64,000 bases of DNA, taken from positions 82,460,001 to 82,524,000 of the forward strand of contig OX597821.1 in assembly GCA_951406725.2 (NCBI GenBank). Reading direction: 5' to 3'. Every line of letters starts with the position of its first letter. Positions within the stretch are counted from its first letter, which is position 1. The notes below the pieces were generated by a model that did not search any database, was not told where the DNA came from, and was given only the letters and a program-made list of their open reading frames with translations. Both the position numbers and the translations under genes were made by a program. This DNA comes from Octopus vulgaris (taxonomy: Eukaryota). Below are positions 40,167 through 53,924 of the stretch, in pieces.

Positions 40167-40316
40167 ACATGTGGCTGTGTGGTAAGAAGTTCGCTTCCTA
40201 ACCACATGGTTCCTGGTTTAGTTCCACAACATGGCAAATGTTGTTTGCTACTCTCGCCACAAACCAATCAAAGCCTTGTGAATGGATTTGGTGAACAGAA
40301 ACTAAATGAAGTCATT

Positions 40317-40363
<47 letters not shown>

Positions 40364-40610
40364 GTGCATGTATGTCTGTGTGCCTGTGTACATAGGTGTG
40401 TGCGTGAGTGTGTATCTTTGAGTATGTGTTTGTGGCCGACCACCACTGTCTGACGACCAGTGTTGGTTCATTTACTTCCCTATAAGTTAGCAGTTTGAGA
40501 AATAAGACCAATAGAGTAGCTGCAGGGAGAAACTTGCTCAAGTAAACTCCTCAGGTTGTGCCCCAGCATGGCCACAATCCAATGACTGAAACAAGCAAAA
40601 GGTAAAAGAT
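40167..40610 (+). mobile_element. Family A SINE (old) with internal (TG)n
   Basis: Head, central microsatellite and tail colinear with 24385-24770. Confidence 0.8.
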
Positions 40611-40751
40611 ATATACACACTATGGATTTTTTTTTTTTCAAATTCTAATTCAATTCCTTAAATGTTTCAAAATTTTGACTCAGGAACCAGTGGTGGTGGT
40701 GGTGGTGGGAGGGGTAATTCTGGTTTCATCTTTGGAACATTTGCAGAATGA

Positions 40752-40802
<51 letters not shown>

Positions 40803-41594
40803 AAGCAGGTTGTGACAATGTTCAAAATAATTGCCATTTCATGACATAAAGTCAAAAAGTGCTCTTGAAATCTGTCCAGTAGAATTTCAAACAGATTCTA
40901 TTACCGTTGACATTTAGCAAGTGCTGCTGCCACTAAATGCCTCAATAGACATGGACACGACTTCTCTTGTGGCTATTCTCACTGATATTTTGTATTAATA
41001 GTGTGAGAAAGATAAAATAATATAAAATGTGCACATCTTACTGACAAAGGCCACAGAATGTGTAAAAGCATGAGAGAGAGAGAGAGAGAGAAAGAGGAGA
41101 AAAGAAGAGAATAAAACAAAAGATTATATGGAAAGGAAAAGTTCTTCTTAAATGTAACAGTATTTGAAGAACAGTTGGTAACCATGCCAGAATTACTGCA
41201 AGAGTGATTTTCTGAAGTGGGCCTTTTTCTTTTGGGTCATTTATTTTGCTTTTAACAATGCTATTGGATTTTGGGGAGGTGGGGGTTGTTGTTTTTTCCT
41301 TTTTTTCTATGACAGCATTTTTCTAGAAATATCTTTTCAATAAATATAGGTTAATTGGTGATATATTTCGTTTCTGATATATTTCTGTACTTAATGTAGT
41401 AGGATTTGATTTCTTGCAGAAAGATGCAGTGTTTTACAGAAGTCTATATCAACTGTCTTACTACAGACAGAGCTGTGTCTCACAGAGGTGCCAGAATGTT
41501 ACAAAGGTCTGTAACAAACATCTGCTACAGATAAAAGTTAAATTGAAAAGGTGCACAGCATGTGTTAGAGGAAGATGTGATATGCAGGAATGCT

Positions 41595-42380
<786 letters not shown>

Positions 42381-42747
42381 AGGTTATTGAAGATTAGGAC
42401 TTACCTCTGCCCAGCTTAACACCACAGTCAAGCTGTGTGGTTGCCTTTAGCAAAGACCACTCTGTGATATGCATATCCACTATGAGAAAAATTCAATATC
42501 TTGATTATGCTACTTCCTACTCAAGAAACTAGGTTTCTTTCTCCTCTTACCTTTGTCAGTCTTGGAGACTCTGCAAATGTTACCTTTGGGCCTCTCAGTA
42601 AAACATTCTAACAAAGAAGCCTCTTTCTATCTCATCACTCAGCCTGCTATAAATAGCAATACAATCTTTCTCTGTCATTTTTGCATTTGGTTTTGCAAGA
42701 TTATTGATGTGAGCTCATATGTTGAAATATATTCTGTTGTATCTGAG

Positions 42748-43342
42748 GAGGGTCATTATGCCAATATTAAACACACACACACACACACACACACTGGTTC
42801 TATTTTGCTTCTTTATTATTCATCAGTTGGTTAACTATTTACTCAAATGACTAATCAATTGTTTGATTAATTTGACTAAACATATGATCAATCGATCAAT
42901 CAGTCATATTTGTCAAAGTCCATGCCACTGAAGAGATTGCAAATGGTGACAAAAGGACTTTGACTAGCAACTGATTGACTAATAAACCATATGATTAATC
43001 AAATTAATCAAGCAATTGCTTACTTAGTTAAGTAAATAGCTAACCAACTGACAAATAGTCCTTTCTATTATTGGTACAATTGCTGAAATTTTGGAGTAGG
43101 GAGCTGCTCAATTACATTGGTCCTAGTGCTTGACTGGTATTTATTCTATTGACCCTGGAAGGTTGAAAAGTAAAGTCAACCTCGACAAAACTTGAACTCA
43201 AAACATGAAGATGGATGAAACACCAGCAAGCATTTTGTCCAGCATGCTAACAATTCTGCCAGCTTACCACCTTCCAATTGACAAATAGTAAAAATGTGAA
43301 ATAGTACCAGTGTGTGTGTTTGTTATTTGCATAATGACCCTC
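42748..43342. mobile_element. Fold-back (palindromic) non-autonomous element interrupted by a SINE
   Basis: Left arm 42748-42921 is the reverse complement of 42955-43059 plus 43290-43342 (GAGGGTCATTATGC vs GCATAATGACCCTC at the ends). Confidence 0.75.
43060..43273 (-). mobile_element. Family B SINE with 16-bp TSD
   Basis: CCAA(C/T)TGACAAATAGT at 43044-43059 and 43274-43289. Confidence 0.85.
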
Positions 43343-44685
43343 TCAAGAGGCAACTGCTATCTCACCTATAAAGACCTGGTGTAGCTGATGACAAAACGAG
43401 AAAATAAAGAACAAGCATTAAAACAGCCATTATCAGTTCTAGAATCAGTGTCCATGCCAACGAAGAACAAAGTCATTTTGATATTCTCATTCAAACACAG
43501 CCAACCAATTCTAAAATCTTCAATTCAACAGGTGACAATTTTTTATAACTATAAAAGATCTCCAAATGAATTTAAAGAACTAATTTAGAAGAAAAGACCA
43601 TCATTGAGTGACTTGTGTCAAAGAAAGGAAGAACTACAGCTGGGTTTGATGGGGTAATACAGAACATTTGGTATTTGTGAAAGGTTATAAAATATCTCTC
43701 CTAACATTAATCCTATTATTTTAAGAACAAAGTTAATGAACAAATGAATATGTAAATAAACAAAACCCATTATGGTTAAAGGTTGGATATTTTAGAAGTT
43801 AATATATAAAAATATCACATGATAATTTTATTCCTCACATCTTTTTTGTGGTCCATAACTCACTACACCCCCACCACCACCACCACCACCACACACACAT
43901 ATACACAAACACACACAAACTCACACGGACACACACAAACACTCGTGAAGAAGTCCTGATGGTCTTTACATTTTTATGACTACAATTTATATTCCTTAAT
44001 CTCTTTTAACCATTTTAATCTTTCAAAGTAAATGCTCAACCATGAACCAAACAAGGAAGTTTTATATGCTAGAAATAATAGTCAAATCTCCCTCAAATCA
44101 CACCACTCTACTGTCTTGAAAATGTATACAGTGCATTGGATAATGTAATCCAGGACACATAGCAGTCAAGACAAGGAATGGATAATCATGATTCAAATTC
44201 TCTTTAGAACTGAACTAGGCCATAACAACAAATAGTCAACCAATTTCAGATCCCAAGATACTTTGCCATTGCACCATTCCAACATAATTCTAAACTTACT
44301 GCTTCTCATTTTGGTACATAAACTGAGAAAGCGGTATCATTACTAATCTCTTTTAGTCTAAATTCAATGTGATTGTACCTGACTTAATAAAGTAGAAAGC
44401 TGTTAATTCCCCCCAATACATTGTGAGAAATCACAATTTTAGCTCACTAATCATATCTGACTAGACTGAAAAACACCAAATCTCTTCAGATACATGAAAA
44501 CTGATTGAACGGTAAGATACCTGAACTGTTAAAAATGGAGTACATATGCAAGCAGTACTCCAGAGTTGGTCATATTTGAGCTTTTTACAACTGATAAGAG
44601 CTGAAGTAATTTCTGAGATTTATGATTTTGTGATTCAGTTTTGGCAATGTTTTATGTGTATATACATACATATACACATATGAAT

Positions 44686-47600
44686 CATCATCTTCATCAT
44701 CATCATTTAACGTCCGTTCTCCATGCTAGCATGGGTTGGACGGTTCGACCGGGGATCTGGGAAGCCAGAAGGCTGCACCAGGCTCCGGTCTTATCTGGCA
44801 AAGTTTCTACAGCTGGATGCCCTTCCTAACGCCAACCACTCCGTGAGTGTAGTGGGTGCTTTTTACGTGCCACCTGCATTGGTGCCAGGCAAGGCTGGCA
44901 TCGGCCACGGTCGGATTGGTGCATTTTACGTGCCACCTGCACGGAAGCCAGTCGAGGCGGCACTGGCTTCGGTCACGATTCGGATGGTGTTTTTACGTGC
45001 CACCGACACGGAAGCCAGTCGAGGCGGCGCTGGCAATGACCACGATTCGGATAGTGCTTTTTACGTATCTCCAGTCCAGGGGTCCTGGCATCTGCCGGGT
45101 GCCAGTCATAGGATTGGTTCAATTTCGATTCCGATTTCGATTTCAATTTCACTTGCTTCAACAAGTCTTCGCAAGCAAAGGGGAGTTGGCATAGGTGCCT
45201 GTCGTCGGATGAGGTTCGATATCGACTTCGCTTGCCTCAACAGGTCTTTGTGTGTCCAAGGGAGGAAAGGCATGCATAAGTGGGCTGGACTCACTTGTCC
45301 TGCCTGGTCTTTTCACGCACAGCATATTTCCAAAGGTCTCGGTCGCTGGTCATTTCCTCAGTGAGACCTAAAGTTCGAAGGTCTTGCTTCACCACTTTGT
45401 CCCAAGTTTTCCTGGGTAGAAACTCTATAAGATGCACCAAGTGTAAGCTATGGACACATAAGAGGTGCAGCAATGTCAAAGGAAGGCTAACTAGGAAGAT
45501 GGTTTTTGTACGTGGTTCCCTCCACTGCTAGGGATTGGCACTTTTTCACACACCTACCAGCGCAATCGTCTCTCTTGCACACCACAACTGATGCTCCTTA
45601 GGTCCAACATTTCTCTCAGGGTACTAACGCTCTGTCGAGCATGCACACTGACATTACACATCCATCGGAGCATACTGGCTTCATTTCTCGTGAGCTTACG
45701 CATGTCCTCAGCAATCACGGCCCATGTTTCACTGCCATGTAGCATGGCTGTTCGTACACATGCATCATACAGTCTGCCTTTTACTCTGAGCGAGAGGACT
45801 TTAGTCACCAGCAGAGGTAAGAGCTCCCTAAACATTGCCCAGGCTATTCTTACTCTAGCCGTTACACTTTCAGCACACCCACCCCCACTACTGACTTGGT
45901 CACCAAGATAACGGAAGCTATCAACTACTTCTAGTTTTTCCCCCTGGAAAGTGACGGAAGTTGTTTTCTGCAGATTTTCAGAGGTTAATGCTCCCGAGCA
46001 TCTGCCACGTACAAAAACCATCTTCCTAGTTAGCCTTCTTTTGACATTGCTGCACCTCTTATGTGTCCATAGCTTACACTTGGTGCATCTTATAGAGTTT
46101 CTACCTACACCTTTTCTACAGATCGAGCAGGGCCATCTACCTGAAGGCGTTTGTGATTTGTCTACCTTCCTACTTATTACGACTTTGGTTTTAGCTAGAT
46201 TGACTCTAAGGCCCTTCGATTCTAAACCTTGCTTCCACACCTGAAACTTCTCCTCCAGTTCTGATAGTGACTCAGCAATTAGAGCAAGGTCATCAGCATA
46301 GAGGAGCTCCCAGGGGCATCCTGTCTTGAATTCCTCCGTTATTGCCTGGAGGACTATGATAAATAGGAGGGAGCTGAGGACTGAGCCTTGGTGGACCCCT
46401 ACCTCTACCCGGAATTCTTCACTGTACTCGTTGCCAACCCCCACCTTACTAGCAGCGTCCTTGTACATGGCTCGCACAGCTCTCACTAACCATTCATCTA
46501 TCCCTAGTTTCCTCATTGACCACCAGATGAGGGATCGGGGGACCCTGTCGAAGGCTTTCTCCATGTCAACAAAAGCCAGGTACAGGGGCTTATCTTTGGC
46601 TAGGTATTTCTCCTGCAGCTGCCTTACCAGGAATATAGCATCAGTGGTACTTTTCCCTGGCACGAACCCAAACTGCATCTCATCTAAACTAACTCTCTCT
46701 CTAATTAGTTGGGCTATGACCCTCTCTGTAACCTTCATCACCTGATCCAACAGCTTGATACCTCTGTAATTATTTGTATCTAGGGCATCACCTTTACCTT
46801 TGTAGCAGTTGACTATTATGCTGCTACACCAGTCATTGGGTATGACTCCTTCGTGTATCACCTGATTAACTATACGGGTGACTAGGCTATAGCCGACACT
46901 ACCAGATATTTTGAGCATCTCTGCAGTAATTCCTGATGGGCCTGGGGCTTTCCCTGTCTTCATGCTTCTAATTGCCTTAACTACCAAGGAACTATCAACT
47001 CTGATAGCTGGTCCCTCTGTTGGGTCAACATTCGGCAGACTCTCTTTATCCCATTCATTTTCTTTATTCAGCAACCTTTCATAGTGACATCTCCAAACCT
47101 CTCTCTTTGCATCCTCATTTAGCGCAAGTGAACCATCTTCCATGCGAACACACTTCTCTCCTACCACATCACAATTCTCTCTCACACACTGTCTTGCAAC
47201 GCGAAACACCTCCAGTCTTTGGTCCTCACGGCGCAGAACATTGGCACATTTTTTTCTTATCTGCTTCCCCTCTGGCTAAATACACCTGTCTCCTAGCTTC
47301 CCTTTTAGCAGTCTGATACAATTCCCTGCTACCACCATTCTTCCAGTGTTTCCAAGTCTGTCTCTTTTCTCTAATAGCCCTGTCTACAACACTGTTCCAC
47401 CACCACGTAACCTTGGGACGAGATGGGACTTTGCACCAGCCACAGATCTGGTCAGTGGCTCTCAGCAGGTTGTCCCTTAGAAACGTCCAGTTGCCCTCTA
47501 CCCCATGTGATACTCTATCCCCTTCTACTTCGTCAAAGGCTTCAAGTAGCATGTCCCTAAATCTCTGTCCATTCGCAGGATCTTTAAGCTTCCAGATCCT

Positions 47601-48022
47601 TCTTCTCCATGTTGGTCGTCTTCTGGTTGTCCTCCTAGTCCTGATCCTAAAGTCACTAACTACCAGTCTATGTTGTGGGGTACATTCTTCGCCTGGGAAG
47701 GTTTTGGCATTTATAAGTAGCCATCTCTCCCTTTGCCTGGCAAGGATGTAGTCAATTTGGCTGGTATGTTGGCCCGATCGGTAGGTGACTAGGTGGCTGG
47801 TAGGTTTCCTGAAGTTAGTGTTGCAAATCATAAGATTATTTGCATCGCAGAACTCCAGCAGCCTGGTTCCCTCCTCGTTGCAGGAACCATAGCCATAGCC
47901 TCCATGTACGCCATGGAAGCCCCCAGCATGTCGTCCAACGTGACCATTGAAGACACCAGCCACAAAGAGAAGGTCTCTGTCGTTCGTCAACGAGGTAGTC
48001 TGCAGCAGAGTGTCATAGAATC
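44686..48022 (-). mobile_element. RTE-clade LINE, 5'-truncated within the AP-endonuclease domain; EN-RT frame broken by one frameshift and 3' rearrangements
   Basis: EN motifs (GVFNGHVG, SQIDYIL, QHRLVV) and RT motifs (NYRGIKLL, QFGF, DMEKAFDRV, GVHQGSVLS, LYADDL, FRYLG, LHGSETW); extra A in the T7 run at 47249-47255; (GAT)n tail. Confidence 0.95.
45554..47209 (-). pseudogene. RTE reverse transcriptase ORF segment (551 aa) with an internal PHD-like Cys/His finger
   Basis: All core RT motifs present; CSIC-x10-CTKC-x4-HKRC insertion after YADD; premature stop at the 3' deletion near 45554. Confidence 0.9.
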
Positions 48023-48290
48023 GGTGCTGGTACCATATAAAAAGCACTTGCATTGGCACCATGTAAAAAGCTCCTGTGCTGGTGTGACATAAAAAGCATC
48101 CATGCTGGTGTTACATACAAAGCACTTCATACACTCTGTAAAGTGGTTGGCATTAGGAAGGGCATCCAGCCATAGAAACCATGCCAAAACAAAAGACTGG
48201 AGTCTGGTGCAGCACTCCAGTTTACCAGCTCCTGTCAAGTCACCCAACCCATGCCAGCATGGGAAACAGACGTTATATGATGATGATGAT
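48023..48290 (+). mobile_element. Older RTE 3' UTR in opposite orientation, abutting the 5' truncation of the long copy
   Basis: Repeated GCTGGT...TAAAAAGCAC units, GGAAGGGCATCCAGC, (GAT)n tail. Confidence 0.8.
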
Positions 48291-48294
48291 ATAT

Positions 48295-48774
48295 GCAGGA
48301 AACTCTGAACTAAAAGACTGGATGACATATGCATTGGAAGGTCATACATGTTTCAACAAGACGCAGCACCTTACAAAGCCCATGTAACTCAAAGAATGGA
48401 TGTTAAAAATTCTTTGCACTCATATAACACCAAACTTTTAGCCTCCAAATTCTTCAAACTTAAATCCCATGGATTACTACATTTGGAGCATTGCAGAAAG
48501 GAAAACCAACCAACACTCTCACAATAGCTTCAGCAAAGGCTGCCACTATCCAGGTGATGTTTGAAATGAACAAAGACAATTTAGTACAGGTATGTCAATA
48601 GTTCCAATCTTGCATTAAAGCAGCCATCAAACCTGAAGGGAGATTCATTAAGTAATCTTATAGGAAAGCTTATCAAGAATGTGTACAAATTTTTATCAAA
48701 ATACATTTGGTTTTGGTTAGATTGAAGTTGTTTCATTTAATTACCAAACATGTCCTCAAATATCTCTTGCACCC

Positions 48775-48776
<2 letters not shown>
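48295..48776 (+). mobile_element. Tc1/mariner relic (same family as 20077-20530)
   Basis: FQQDAAP and PPNSSNLNPMDYYIWSIAERKTN motifs; terminal GTCCTCAAATATCTCTTGCACCCTG followed by TA. Confidence 0.8.
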
Positions 48777-48817
<41 letters not shown>

Positions 48818-49829
48818 AGATAGAGAGAGCAATAGTAGATATATACACGCAAAAGCACACACACACACAGCTACATATGTATGTATATACATACATACAT
48901 ATATATATATATGGGCATGGGTGTGTGGTTAGGGAGCTTGCTTCCTAGCTACATGGTTTCGGGTTCAGTCCCACTGCGTGGCACTTTGGGTAGGTGTCTT
49001 CCACTATAGTCCCAAGCCGACCGGAGCTTTGTGATTGAATTCGGTAGGTGGAAGTTACTGCCGTGTGTGTATGTGAGCGTATAGCTGCTCAGTGCCTCTC
49101 CGAAAGAGAGAGGGGGATGTCTGTATATATATATATATATATGTACATGTGTATGCATACATATGAATGCAAATATATATATATGTAAACATACACACAA
49201 ATATGTATATAAATACATTCATATGTACATACATATGCATACATACAAAGAAACATATACTTAGCTGTTATCAACATTTAGCACAGCTGCTTGCTCTTTA
49301 CGCCATCGGTGACAGGATCATGGCTTATCAGTGAACAAGATATTTTGGTAATTCTACAAATTACTTGAAATGTTATCTTCCCATACTCCTTCTGCAACAT
49401 CCCTCAAACTATTACCACCAAAAACCAAAGATAGCTTCTCTTCCAACATCAACACAATTCTCTGTATTCTTCGTAGTTTTCGCTGTTTTCTTGTGTTCTT
49501 GTTAGTGCCATTTCTTTTCCTTTCATTTTACTACTCACAATGCTTTCTCCTATTTGGTATGGATGGAGCAGCTTTCGTTAAATGCAATTTACCTGATCAG
49601 TCAGAACAAATCAGGACAAATATAAAGTCTTTTCCTTTGGCTTATAAATTAGTTTGAAGCTCTTGCAGTCAAGTTTGGTATTATTTTGATGCCAAATATA
49701 ATTCAGCTTTCATTGAGTCCCAATTCTCTTGGCAACGTAATTGTTGTCACATTTGAACTGACATTGCCCTGTGTTACTGTTATCTATTACGGTTCTATTT
49801 TGGCTATAAAAACAACTTGATATAGCTAA

Positions 49830-50155
49830 CACTCATGGACATGCTTACAAAATCTAAAAACAACACAGCACCCATGACTTTCAGAAACATTTTTTCATGC
49901 TCAAAAGTGCTGAAACATGGAATAAACTACCCACATCAGTTGTTGGGACACAAACATTCATGTTTCCTGAAATTTGCCATCAATCCACCTGATGTCCCCC
50001 CCCCACCCACCACCACCACCTTATTTTTTTTATCAATTCATTCACCATTCACTTCCTGTGCATTAGTTCTCTGTACTGTTCATGCACTTTTGGCTGCTTT
50101 TTCTGACGAGTTGAAATGCACTTGAGTACTGTGTACAATAAGTTCATTATAATTG
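49830..50155 (+). mobile_element. Degenerate CR1-clade 3' end
   Basis: Diverged homologue of 13250-13490 (HGHAYK...HDF.KHFF, 3' GCACTTGAGTACTGTGTACAA). Confidence 0.7.
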
Positions 50156-50508
50156 TTTTTAACCCCAGTTCAATCCTGATCCAGTATACACGTATTCAAA
50201 AACATTCCAAGCATTCCAATCTTTTTTTAGAGGAATATAGAACTTACATCAGTCAGGAGCCTGTCCCCACCAAAGTTTCAGGCCGCGTGCCTGTAGCAGA
50301 AAGGATTATTTGGCAAGGCAATTTTGCTAGAAAATTAAGACAAAAGACAAAAATAGAAAAGCTGAATAAAAGTTTATTTTTTCAGAATGAAACTCCACTA
50401 AACAGCTAAGAAAGTTATATTTGGTGAAGGCAATAGAAAATTGAATATTTTAATTATTTATTTCAGAATCATAATCCCCAGGAAAACAATAAATAAGACA
50501 ACAACAAC

Positions 50509-50800
50509 ATCATCATCATCATCATCATCATCATCATTGTTTAACGTCTGCTTTCCATGCTAGCATGGGTTGGACGATTTGACTGAGGACTGGCGAGCCA
50601 GATGGCTGCACCAGGCTCCAATCTGATCTGGCAATGTTTCTACAGCTGGAAGCCCTTCCTAATGCCAACCACTCCGAGAGTGTAATGGGTGCTTTTGCAT
50701 GCCACCAGCATGAGGGCCAGTCAGGTGGTACTGGCAATGGCCATACTCAAATGGTGTTTTTTACGTGCAACCTGCACAGGTGCCAGTCCAGCGACACCTG
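50509..50800 (-). mobile_element. RTE LINE 3' end
   Basis: (CAT)n tail and shared 3' UTR. Confidence 0.85.
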
Positions 50801-51950
50801 TTATAACAGTGATAATTGTCAGATTTCAAGTGTTTTTCTTACCTATTTCTAACTTCATGAATTCACTTGTCCAAATGAGGTCTCATTCAGGGTTCAGGGT
50901 GCTGGTACATGCAATTTCATACACCAACGAATTTACTTTTTATTTGATACCCAACAGACACATTTTCCTTAATCTTTTGGTGTATATCTGCAACAACCAC
51001 ATAAACTCTGTGGTCATTCAACCTGTTAAAGACAGCAGACAAATATCTCAAAGACTGATAATTGTCAAGTCATTTACTTCATTCTGCCCATCCCTACCCC
51101 ATTTTTCTTTTTACGATTTAATTCCCATCCCATATTTGATTATTTCCTGGAAAAGCCCTGAGGTGAGCCTACACTGCATAGGATTGACCAAGATTTGCTT
51201 GAGTTGTAGATCCAACCGTTTGTGGGGAAAAAGCTACTATTTCAAATGTTATATACAGTCCTGTTATTCCTTGTTGAATTGTTAAACACATGTAACAGAC
51301 TTTACATCCAGCTGTCTGTTGAATGCTGTTCTTTAGTAGCAAGATTCTTGCCACAAATTACAAAGATTTAAGAAAATATTGGTCATGATAATGGTTTCAC
51401 TGCAGTAGTTTGAGACCCCTATTTTATACCTTTTCTTTTGCTGCACAAATAACCAGGCAACTAACACTGAACTTGTTTCCCCCTGCTTACATGCTCTTGT
51501 TGGCACTTCTAGAAAAATATATTAACTGAATCGGCTTTCCATACGACTTTAGTAGATTTGAGGCAACAGGATGCTCACTGGGAAATAAAAAATATGGCCT
51601 ATATTTCAAAAATATCGTTCTGCAACAATGGTTCTAAGCTGAGGCTTACTTTTATTATTAGACAGATAAAAAAAATTAGCATAGATCTAGGCCACAAAAA
51701 ACCTTGATATGGCCTATTTCATTGATTTCATTTATAGCATCAGCTAAAACAAGTTGTAATCGATGACTCAAACAATGCCAACTTACAAGGTTTAGAAATT
51801 CTTGAATTAATCTTGTACCAATTCCAGCTTTTCTTGTAAACACAATACTTGCTCCATCAGGACAAAATCTAATCAAACTTACCTTTACCCTGTGAAACCC
51901 TGCCCCAACAGCATTCATCAGAGCACTTGAATCTTTGAATATTTTCAGCT
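50800..51950 (-). mobile_element. hAT-superfamily transposase relic (KIAA1586/ZNF862-like type)
   Basis: 51676-51918 encodes DGAS...GIGTRL...WHCLSHRLQLVLADA, the hAT second Asp plus CxxH motif; a degenerate ECERGFS-like segment near 50860-50900; boundaries uncertain. Confidence 0.7.
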
Positions 51951-53924
51951 TTTATTGCTTCTAATTGTATCAAATCATAACACATTATTAAAGAAGAAGA
52001 ATCTAATTAGCATAGATTTCTTTATAATCTGTGGAGGCACAATGGCCCAGTGGTTAGGGCAGCAGACTCACGGCTGGAGGATTGCGGTTTCGATTCTCAG
52101 ACCGGGTAGTGTGTGTTTATTGAGCAAAAACACCTAAAAGCTCAGTCAAACCGTCCAGCCTATATCAGTATGGAAAGTGGACATTAAATGGTGGTGGTGG
52201 TGGTGATGATGATGATGATGATGATGATTGGATGGATATATGTATTTGTTCTTGATAACGCTGCTGAAATTTTTAGTTCTGACTGATATGATAATATATT
52301 TTGCAAGTCTCATTGCAGAAAATCCTGAATATTGTTACATAAATGTACACCATTCTTCAAAAAGAAAATTTGAAGTTCTACATCTTCTTCCAAAGCTGAC
52401 ATTAGTCGATTTCAAACTGTTAAAAAAAAAACCTCCCAAGTTAGTTGGATTTCTTTGCTATTGATTTTATTAAAAGGTGTAATAAAGAGTTACCATTTTT
52501 TTGTGTGTGTGTGTGTGTTTAAGATATTTACAAAATTTGTATGAGAATTTGCTTCCAAATATTTCTTTTTTTTTTTTATTTTCCTTCAAGTGAAGCATGC
52601 TGAACTTTTTTTTCAAGTCAACATACGGTGGCATTGCTTTTGCTATTCAGGAAAAAAAAAAAGAAAATGTAAACATTTTATTTTGATGTTTCAAATCCAT
52701 CGTTTATTTTCTTTTAGGTTTTCAATTTTCAATTTTTTTTTTAAATAGAAAAATATTATTGGGCAATTATCAAGCAATAAATTTTCAGGATTATGTAAAA
52801 CCTGTTCATTTGCAACTGAAGGCACATTTTAGATGTTTCACCATTTTTGTCATTAGAGCAATTGTCTTTGTCACTTAATTAGATAACCTAGTCATTCTCT
52901 CAATTTATGATCACAGAATGAAAATGGAGAATTATTGTAATCAATTGGCCAGCATTGATATTCCAGAGAAAAAAAATTTTAATTTTGAAAATTATTTGGT
53001 GCAGTTTTGGAACAGCTCTCAAGGTGATCTTATACACTTTAAACCAAAGATTATTGCTATCACTACCTTATGGGGATGGAAAAGGAATTGAGAGTTTGTG
53101 GCTTTTTTTTCATTTATTTTTTACTATTTCATTGTTCCGAGCTTCAGGCTCACAACCATGAGGCAATGAGTTCGATTCCAGGACTGGGCTGTGTGTTGTG
53201 TTCTTGAGCAAGACACCTTATTTTTTACATTTCTCCAGTTCACTTAGCTGTAGAAATGAGTTGCAAAGTCACTTAGTGCCAAACTGTATTGCCTTTTGCC
53301 GTTCCTTTGGATAACATCAGTGGTGTGGAGAGGGAAGTCTGGTATGCATGGTCTTCCATAAACAACCTTGCCCGGACTTGTGTCTTGGAGGGTAACTTTT
53401 TAGATGCAATCCCATGGTCATTCATGACCAAAGGAGGTATTTACCTTTTTTACAACAGAAATTATGATTCTGAAAGGATCCTTTCTATTTTTCTTAAAAT
53501 TTCAATTTCTTAAATATTTATACCTCCCAATCTCCAACCCTTTTCTTTCCCCAATGAGGTAGTAATAGCTATTCCTACACTTACCTTTTTTTTCTCTAGA
53601 ATTGTAAACACCTTCATTACCAATCCTGCATATATATGTACCTAAAACCAAAGATCTCAACACGGAATCTTCCCTGCCAACCCTCCCACCACCACTATCA
53701 AAAACATTGAAAATGTTCAAACTGAGGGAGGAGGAATTTAAAATGGAAAAGCTGCGTTTTGTTTTGTTTTGTTTTATTCTTGTTTTTCCCAAAATTGTAA
53801 CTTCTATTGTTAAAAACATAGAAATCTGAAGAAACTTTTGAAAAACAGAATGCCGATAATCAATCATTCATATTTCTATGATGCTTCATTATGAACATCT
53901 AATAACATATTAAAATAAAACAAC

